64,000 bases of DNA, from NCBI GenBank assembly GCA_023261045.1, contig JALRJZ010000001.1, forward strand, positions 7,088-71,087, given 5' to 3'. The position numbers and the translations under genes are program-made. How positions within the stretch are numbered: position 1 is the first letter of the stretch; every line of letters starts with the position of its first letter. The notes beneath the pieces were generated by a model. The model worked only from the letters and a program-made list of their open reading frames with translations. It did not search any database and was not told the origin of the DNA. Of the stretch, positions 57,710 to 64,000 are shown in pieces. The stretch comes from Akkermansiaceae bacterium. GTDB taxonomy: Bacteria; Verrucomicrobiota; Verrucomicrobiia; Verrucomicrobiales; Akkermansiaceae.

Positions 57710-60700
57710 CTATTTGTAGCTTCTTAGGAAGGCCACGAGATCAGCGACATCCTGAGGAGTCAGCCCCATCTGATCTGCGGAGAGCATCAGAGAATGGTTT
57801 AATTTGTAGGGATTGCGACTCTTGACTTGGCTGCGGGGAATCATCTGAGTGATCCCTCCCGTTGAGGTCAGGATGATGGGGTCTCCATCACTTGAGGCGA
57901 TTCCATGAACATGGCCGCCCTTTTTGAGCTCGATACCAATTCCCGAGTAACCATGTGCAATGTCAGCCGAGGGATCGATGATCGAGCGCGCAATGACATC
58001 TTTTGTCTGGCCTTCACCCCAGCCTTTGAGATTCGGACCGTAGTCAGCTCCTACCCCATTGAATTGGTGGCACATGATACAGCGGTTGGCAGTTGTTTTA
58101 CCTCGAGCGGCATTTCCCGTGAGTTTGAGAACATCCTCAACTGAGAATTTGGGAGCCTCTGCTTTGGGTGCGGTAATCGAGCTGACAACAACCTTCGACG
58201 GATCGTAGATTCCTCTTTTCTGAAGCGCCTCAAGAACTTGGTACTTCTTCCATTCTCCGCTGCCATTTCTTAAGAGCCAGCGAGCCGCTTCTCCCTGAAC
58301 TGGGCTCTTGAGTGAAAGCTCTAAGAGAGCTTCTGCGGCGGAGGGATGATCAATGAATGCGATTGATTCGACCGTGAACGCTTTTTGTTCTGGAGTAAGC
58401 GAAGGGTGCTTTGCGCGGGCGGTAAGGTCTTTCACTGCTGCTGCTGGCCAGAGTCGCCAAGTGAGTTTAGCAAATTGATCTGACCATTCGTGTGGTTTTC
58501 CAGGTTTCATGGCTTCTTTGATGGCGAGCCAGATTTCACTTTCCTGATTGGCTGCCCCAAGTCCAATTGCCTCGAGAGCATTTTTGTCATTGTGGTCAAC
58601 TTGAGCAGCAAGAATGGCGAAGATCTCTTTTGTTTGAGAAGCAGGAAGATCCCGTAAGGACAGAGCGACGTCTCTCCTGACCCCAGGATCTGCATCGGTT
58701 GCCATTTGCTTTGCGTAAGCAATCATCTCGTGCCCGGCACGTCGGAAGGCCCGGTAAGCTGCGATTCTAACCTGAGCCGAAGGGCTAGATTTTAAGAGGC
58801 TCTCACAGGTGGCGATACCTTCTTTCCCTAGGTAGGGAAGAAGCCAGATTCCTCTCGCTGCCACGCGAGGGTTCATATTTGAGAGGACTTTTCTAACTGC
58901 AGGAAGCGCTTTGGGGCCCATTTTTTTCAGAGCCGAGAACCCTAGATAGCGAGTGTTAATGGCGGGACTTTGGAGTGCGATGGCAGCTCCTTGCGCGGTC
59001 TTTAGGTCAAATTGGGGGATCTCTTGTTTGAATCCTTTAGGAGCAATTCGGTAAATTGTTCCAGAGCAAGAATCATCCCGGTCACCGTGACCTCCAACGC
59101 GGGGGTCAAACCAGTCTGAGATGTAAATAGCACCATCGGGACCGACGCAGATATCTGAGGGGCGGAAGAGGATTTTGGTATCGTTGGGGTCTGAGCCTCC
59201 ACCCACAAAGTCTGAGCCCGCGTATTTTTTATCGGGGTTGGTGGTTGTGAGGTTTCGTTGTTCGAGCTTAAAGGCTGCGCCTTGTGGCTCAGGTTGGTAA
59301 TGGAAGACCGTATTTTTTCCCGGTTCACAAGCGAAGAAGGATCCATTGTAACTGTCGGGAAGTGCTCCATTTTCATACATCGTCACCCCGGTTGGGGAAC
59401 CTCCTCCATAGATGTGTCCAACATCCATGGTTCCCGGATCATCTTGACGCCAATGAGCTCGACCGTGGTCTTGCCCCGGTCGTTTGACGGCACGATACAT
59501 CTGTTGGGCGTCACGAGTAAAATAGCCGGCACAACCGTATTCTAGGATGTAAGAAACCCGACAGGCTGGGGGATCGTCATTATCGTTTTGGAAGGCGTTG
59601 CCAAACGAGTCGAGCGACTGTTCGTAGGAGTTTCGGTATCCGTGTCCGATGATTTCGCAATGGGTGCCGTCGGGGTTCATACGAACTGTGAATCCAGAGG
59701 TCCAAACGTGTCCGTCGTCCGAGCGCTTTCCGGAGACCGCAAGATGATCGACGGGCCATTCGCCGCCACCACCTTTGTACGGACCTCCCATGTAGAAGTT
59801 CTTTCCAGAGTTATCCTGAAAGACCGCACCACAGTTTCCGTTGTTGAAGTAGAATTTTCCGTCAGGACCAGCGGTCACCGAGTGAAGCGAGTGGTCGTGG
59901 TTTTTGGCGTTAAACCCAGTGAGTAAAACTTCCCGCTTGTCGATGGCGGGGTCGAATTTGAGGTTGCGGTCGACATCGGTATAAACAAGGAGCTCGGGTG
60001 GCTGAGAAACGTAGATCACATTATCGAAGACAGCGACCCCGAGAGGAGCGACAAGTGCCTTTTCTTGAACAAAGGTGTGAGAGGTGTCTGCTTTTCCATC
60101 TCCATCAGTATCTTGGAGTACAGCAATCCGGTCTCCGCCTGGGCGGCGTCCTTCGTGACGACGGTAGTTAACCCCTTCAGCGACCCATATTCTTCCGGCG
60201 TGGTCGATATCAATGTTTGTCGGATTGTAAAACTGAGGGGAAGTGGCCCAGACTGAGATCTCAAGATCACTGGGAAGCTTGAATTGATCGAGATCGACCA
60301 GAGCATGCCCAATTTCAGACTCCCAAGGAGCATTGGGGTCACGAGGTGGTCTCGGTTCTCTAACGATAAACTGAACCGCTGCGGGGGTGATCTGGCCACC
60401 CTGCAAAGCTCCTCCATCATCGAGGCCAATTTGCGCACTAAAGGTCACGACGTTTTCGGGAACTTTGAGTTGAATCGTCGAGGCCGCATGAGTGCCCAAT
60501 CCAGTCTGGTATCTCTTTCCGTCGATGAGCAGCCCGCCTCCACCTGCCGAGAGGTTCACTCCTAAGGTTCCCCAGCCTTGTTCATGCTGCTGAATCATCG
60601 TTTTGGTGACCGGGATCTTTTTCCCATCCTGGGTGGTAAAGGTGGGGTTAATCCAGTTTGCCCAGTCGTGTGACTCATTTCCCAGAGCACTGACGTGGAG

Positions 60701-60841
60701 TTCAATGGCTTTTTGCCCAGCAATCTGAGCTGAAATTTGGTGAAGGCGCTGAGAATCATTGGCAGAGAGCTTCGGGCTCTGAACCAAGTCCTTAGCGACG
60801 AGCGGAGAAGCCAAGAGGAGAATTGATAAGGTGAATCGCAT
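57710..60841 (-). CDS. PVC-type haem-binding dehydrogenase: NPCBM-like domain, beta-propeller membrane-bound-dehydrogenase domain, HEAT repeats and C-terminal cytochrome c
   Basis: Signal MRFTLSILLLASPLVA. NPCBM-like WANWINPTF...GLGTHAASTIQLKV...FSAQIGLDD. Propeller segments DIDHAGRIWVAEG, DTDGDGKAD and GPDGAIYISDW. HEAT-like region. CIMCHQFNGVG haem motif near the C-terminus. Confidence 0.9.
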   Translation of the reverse strand: MRFTLSILLLASPLVAKDLVQSPKLSANDSQRLHQISAQIAGQKAIELHVSALGNESHDWANWINPTFTTQDGKKIPVTKTMIQQHEQGWGTLGVNLSAGGGGLLIDGKRYQTGLGTHAASTIQLKVPENVVTFSAQIGLDDGGALQGGQITPAAVQFIVREPRPPRDPNAPWESEIGHALVDLDQFKLPSDLEISVWATSPQFYNPTNIDIDHAGRIWVAEGVNYRRHEGRRPGGDRIAVLQDTDGDGKADTSHTFVQEKALVAPLGVAVFDNVIYVSQPPELLVYTDVDRNLKFDPAIDKREVLLTGFNAKNHDHSLHSVTAGPDGKFYFNNGNCGAVFQDNSGKNFYMGGPYKGGGGEWPVDHLAVSGKRSDDGHVWTSGFTVRMNPDGTHCEIIGHGYRNSYEQSLDSFGNAFQNDNDDPPACRVSYILEYGCAGYFTRDAQQMYRAVKRPGQDHGRAHWRQDDPGTMDVGHIYGGGSPTGVTMYENGALPDSYNGSFFACEPGKNTVFHYQPEPQGAAFKLEQRNLTTTNPDKKYAGSDFVGGGSDPNDTKILFRPSDICVGPDGAIYISDWFDPRVGGHGDRDDSCSGTIYRIAPKGFKQEIPQFDLKTAQGAAIALQSPAINTRYLGFSALKKMGPKALPAVRKVLSNMNPRVAARGIWLLPYLGKEGIATCESLLKSSPSAQVRIAAYRAFRRAGHEMIAYAKQMATDADPGVRRDVALSLRDLPASQTKEIFAILAAQVDHNDKNALEAIGLGAANQESEIWLAIKEAMKPGKPHEWSDQFAKLTWRLWPAAAVKDLTARAKHPSLTPEQKAFTVESIAFIDHPSAAEALLELSLKSPVQGEAARWLLRNGSGEWKKYQVLEALQKRGIYDPSKVVVSSITAPKAEAPKFSVEDVLKLTGNAARGKTTANRCIMCHQFNGVGADYGPNLKGWGEGQTKDVIARSIIDPSADIAHGYSGIGIELKKGGHVHGIASSDGDPIILTSTGGITQMIPRSQVKSRNPYKLNHSLMLSADQMGLTPQDVADLVAFLRSYK

Positions 60842-61114
60842 AGAGAGTTCGAATTACGCTGCGAGATTATGAAGGCTTTCAATGTCGGGGTCATCTCTTT
60901 TTTCTCCTCTAAACCATGAGACAGGAAGGAGCTTTGATTTTTGTCTCTCCGGGAGAAGGCCACCAATTGTGAGAGGGGAGAGCAAAGAGCTTCGATTGGC
61001 GGAGATGATTCAGGGCTTTTTTGTCTCTCTGGGGATACTGAGATGATGACATCTCCCATAGAATTCAAAGAAAGCGGGTCTTGAGTTTTTGGGCAATGTA
61101 GGAGAGAGAGAGAT

Positions 61115-62482
61115 GTGATTGACGAGTTGCGCGATCTATTGGGAGCAGAAAAGGTAAGTTCGCTACCCGATGTTTTGGAAGAGCATGGGACAGATCGTTG
61201 GAATTATTCTCATCTACCAGAGGTGGTTGTTTTTGCCGAATCTCAGGAGGATGTGGTCAAAGTCATGAAGTTTGCGTCTCAGCGAGGACTTCCAGTCACA
61301 ACTCGAGGGGCGGGAGTGGGCTATGTGGGGGGATGTGTGCCTGCAGAAGGGGGGATCGCTCTTTCGCTAAAAAGGATGAATCAGATCGTTGAGCTAAACA
61401 CTGCTGACGGGGTGTTGGTTACTCAGCCTGGGGTCATTTTGCAGGAGCTGCAAAATGAAGCGAAGCGACAAGGTTGGTATTATCCACCTGATCCAGCCTC
61501 CCTCAAAGAGTGTTCGATCGGTGGGACATTGTCGACGAACGCGGGTGGCCCAAGATGTTTGAAATATGGGGTGACGAAGAATTACGTCTTAGGGCTTAAA
61601 GTCGTGTTGGCTGATGGCGAGATTCTTGAGGTTGGGGGACGATGTCATAAGAATAAAACTGGTTTTGATTTGCTTCATCTATTTATCGGAAGTGAAGGGA
61701 TGTTAGGGGTGATTACGGAGGCCACTCTCCGGCTCATTCCTCATCCCCAAAGTCGAGCGATGCTCACCGCAACCTTTCCGACCTTTCCCGATGCTGCAGG
61801 AACAGTGCAAGCCATTCTGAATGCGGGACATTTGCCATCGGCCCTCGAGATCACCGACGCGTTTACCCTACAAGCAGCTCGAGATTATTTGGGTGTTGCT
61901 TCTTTTCCTCAGGGAGAAGCCCATTTGATTGTCGAGATCGATGGGCGAGCGGCATCGATTCGAAGCGAGTTGTTGGAGCTTAAAGAGCTCATCGAGTCAA
62001 CGGGTGCCTTGTCTTGTGAAATTCACGAAGACGATGAAGCCTGTGAAAAGGTGTGGCAGCTGCGTCGTGATTTCTCTTACTCACTCAGAGCAACGGGACT
62101 AACCAAACTGAACGAAGATATTGTTGTTCCTCGATCAAAGCTGGTTGATCTCGCCGAATTTGCGGCAAGTTTGCAGGCAAAAACCGGGATACCCATTGCT
62201 TGTTTTGGCCATGCTGGCGATGGGAACATCCACACCAACTTAATGGTCGAGGATTATGACGATCCTTCAATCCGCAAGAAGGCAGATGATGCGCTCGATC
62301 TCCTTTTTAATTGGATTCTTGAGAATGGTGGAGTCATTACCGGAGAACATGGGATTGGCTTAGCCAAAAAACGTTGGATCAAAGATGCCTTAGGCCCCGT
62401 AGGGTTTGAACTCCATTTGAAGGTAAAAGACGCTCTCGACCCCAAAGGCATTTTAAATCCAGGGAAGTTTCTGAGTTCTTGA
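61115..62482 (+). CDS. FAD-linked oxidase (GlcD / D-lactate dehydrogenase family)
   Basis: FAD-binding PCMH domain: VVKVMKFASQRGLPVTTRGAGVGYVGG, GGTLSTNAGG, GSEGMLGVITEATLRL. C-terminal GHAGDGNIH and GGVITGEHGIGLAK. Confidence 0.9.
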   Translation: MIDELRDLLGAEKVSSLPDVLEEHGTDRWNYSHLPEVVVFAESQEDVVKVMKFASQRGLPVTTRGAGVGYVGGCVPAEGGIALSLKRMNQIVELNTADGVLVTQPGVILQELQNEAKRQGWYYPPDPASLKECSIGGTLSTNAGGPRCLKYGVTKNYVLGLKVVLADGEILEVGGRCHKNKTGFDLLHLFIGSEGMLGVITEATLRLIPHPQSRAMLTATFPTFPDAAGTVQAILNAGHLPSALEITDAFTLQAARDYLGVASFPQGEAHLIVEIDGRAASIRSELLELKELIESTGALSCEIHEDDEACEKVWQLRRDFSYSLRATGLTKLNEDIVVPRSKLVDLAEFAASLQAKTGIPIACFGHAGDGNIHTNLMVEDYDDPSIRKKADDALDLLFNWILENGGVITGEHGIGLAKKRWIKDALGPVGFELHLKVKDALDPKGILNPGKFLSS

Positions 62483-62558
62483 GAGTCTTGTGTTCTGCGA
62501 AAATAAAGTTGCCTCAAAAGCTAAATATGCAATATTTAGCATATAAGAATAAAAGACC

Positions 62559-63071
62559 ATGTTACAAGTTAGCCCACAAGATGTCAGTAAACTCAAAGGA
62601 TCCGAAGATATTCTATTTTTGGATGTGCGAACTCCTGCTGAGATCCGTCAAGAGCAGTTGGAAGACTGCACTTGTGTCCCGCATGAAAAAGTAGCCTCGT
62701 GTCCCAACTTGGATCTCCTAGATCGGCAAAAGGAAATTGTCTTAATTTGTGCTTCGGGAAAGCGAGCGCTCATCGCGGCCGAAGCACTCGCCCAAAAAGG
62801 TTTTGAAAAGCTTTCAGTCATGCAAGGGGGGCTTTCTGAATGGAAAGCGCAGGGTCTACCCGTCATCGAAGGTAAGGGGGTGATCTCTCTCGAACGTCAG
62901 GTGCGCCTTGCGGCTGGATTGATGGTCGCAACAGGAGCTGCCCTTACTTGGTGGGTTGATCCATCTTGGATCGCACTCCCAGCTTTTGTGGGCTGCGGAC
63001 TCGTTTTTGCCGGGATTACCGATACCTGTGGCATGGGGCTGTTAATCGCCAAGATGCCATGGAATCGCTAG
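62559..63071 (+). CDS. rhodanese-domain protein with a C-terminal DUF2892-type membrane hairpin (YgaP-like)
   Basis: FLDVRTPAE, the active-site loop ICASGKRA, and C-terminal LAAGLMVATGAALTWWV...GCGLVFAGITDTCGMGLLIAKMPWN. Confidence 0.85.
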   Translation: MLQVSPQDVSKLKGSEDILFLDVRTPAEIRQEQLEDCTCVPHEKVASCPNLDLLDRQKEIVLICASGKRALIAAEALAQKGFEKLSVMQGGLSEWKAQGLPVIEGKGVISLERQVRLAAGLMVATGAALTWWVDPSWIALPAFVGCGLVFAGITDTCGMGLLIAKMPWNR

Positions 63072-63202
63072 TCATTTGAGGTGTCTGACCCGAGCGATGA
63101 AGCATCGCCCAATCGGGTAAGTTCACCTCACCATTGATGATGAGGTGCCACTCGCTAGATGATGGAGCGTCCCCTTTGGGGATCGATAGTCTTACGATTT
63201 GC

Positions 63203-64000
63203 TTAGAGATTGGTAAGAATCGCTTGACCCATTTCAGCCGTGTTGACCCGCGTTTCTCCCTCAGCCCCCGTAAAGAGATCCCCCGTTCGTAAGCCGGAAT
63301 CAATGGCTTGCTGCACTGCGGAATCGATGGCATCTGCTGCCTCTGATTCCCCAAGAGAATAGCGAAGCATCATGGAAACGGAAAGAATCTGAGCAATCGG
63401 GTTGGCAATTCCTTGTCCTGCGATATCTGGAGCGGATCCACCCGAAGGTTCATACATTCCAAAATACAGTCCATTGTCCTGAATATTTCCGAGGGAAGCT
63501 GATGGAAGCATACCAAGAGAGCCAGAAATCATGGCCATCTCATCGGAGAGGATATCACCAAAGAGGTTTTCAGTGACCAGAACATCGAAGGAATCTGGAC
63601 GTTTCACCAGCTGCATTGCGGCATTGTCAACGTAGAGATGGTCAAGGGCGACATCTGGATATTGTGTCGCAACTTCAATGGCAGTCTCACGCCAAAGCAC
63701 CGATGTTGCGAGAACGTTGGCTGTGTCAACCGAGGTGACCCGTTTGTCTCGTCCACGAGCAGCGGTAAAAGCAACGTGCAGGATTTTTTCTATTTCAGAT
63801 TTCTTATAAACCATGGTGTCGAACGCGACTGGTTCGCCAGCTCGTTCTTCCCGGCCCTTTGGTTCTCCAAAATAGATTCCGCCCGTGAGCTCTCGAACGC
63901 AAAGGACATCAAAGCCATTAGGAATGAGCTCATTTTTGACGGGGGACGCATGAGTGAGTGACGGGTGGCAGGATCCTGGCCTTAAGTTTGCAAAGAGTCC
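63203..64000 (-). CDS. leuB: 3-isopropylmalate dehydrogenase; the 5' end lies outside the window
   Basis: The frame stays open upstream of the listed Met to the window edge (GLFANLRP...[15 protein letters not shown]). [52 protein letters not shown]. Confidence 0.93.
   Translation of the reverse strand, partial: GLFANLRPGSCHPSLTHASPVKNELIPNGFDVLCVRELTGGIYFGEPKGREERAGEPVAFDTMVYKKSEIEKILHVAFTAARGRDKRVTSVDTANVLATSVLWRETAIEVATQYPDVALDHLYVDNAAMQLVKRPDSFDVLVTENLFGDILSDEMAMISGSLGMLPSASLGNIQDNGLYFGMYEPSGGSAPDIAGQGIANPIAQILSVSMMLRYSLGESEAADAIDSAVQQAIDSGLRTGDLFTGAEGETRVNTAEMGQAILTNL

Noticed and set aside
63078-63147. Mutually exclusive hairpins (GAGGTG ... CACCTCA ... TGAGGTG) between the rhodanese gene and leuB, resembling an attenuator
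   Set aside because: It lies in a convergent 3'-3' spacer, downstream of both genes, with no leader ORF or U-tract. It is most simply 3'-end structure with no regulatory logic that I can support.
1-64000. CRISPR arrays, IS elements, prophage genes and rRNA
   Set aside because: No spaced direct repeats, transposase, integrase or phage-like ORFs, or rRNA-like segments were seen on visual inspection. A computational repeat search would be needed to exclude short dispersed repeats.

Overview
This is a 64-kb chromosomal segment. I infer it comes from the PVC superphylum, most likely Verrucomicrobiota. The grounds are a DUF1592/DUF1552 gene pair with a CxxCH haem motif, a PVC-type haem-binding dehydrogenase, a PEP-CTERM protein, LL-diaminopimelate aminotransferase and a chlamydia-like class Ic ribonucleotide reductase. 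I can support about 40 protein genes, one tRNA-Val(TAC) and several clear intrinsic terminators. I saw no rRNA, CRISPR array, transposase, integrase or phage genes. Recognisable genes are pnp (5' truncated), rmuC, sodA, comM, tag, nrdB-nrdA, an alpha-2-macroglobulin/pbpC operon, an ABC-F ATPase, dapL, dus, an FAD-linked oxidase, a YgaP-like rhodanese and leuB (5' end outside the window). They are interleaved with a 13-kb block of very large secreted proteins at 1.5-15 kb: a CotH/LTD protein, a LamG protein, and a 1604-aa PhoD-like phosphatase fusion with its 616-aa paralogue. Points worth a second look: (1) a multicopper oxidase gene interrupted by a single in-frame TGA; (2) a C-terminal module (E-x-S-x-DL-x-x-W ... 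[FY]-x-R) shared by five secreted proteins, which could be a sorting or anchoring signal; (3) a jelly-roll-like domain that I do not recognise, repeated within and between two tandem genes; (4) an NrdB with class Ic ligand signatures but Leu at the radical-Tyr position, paired with a triple-ATP-cone NrdA; (5) several orphan proteins (RG-rich 570 aa, kinase-like 343 aa, extended RelE/ParE-like, single-PUR-repeat, Cys/Lys-rich). No complete, clearly novel multi-gene system such as a defence island could be demonstrated by eye. All homology statements rest on motif recognition, not on database searches.
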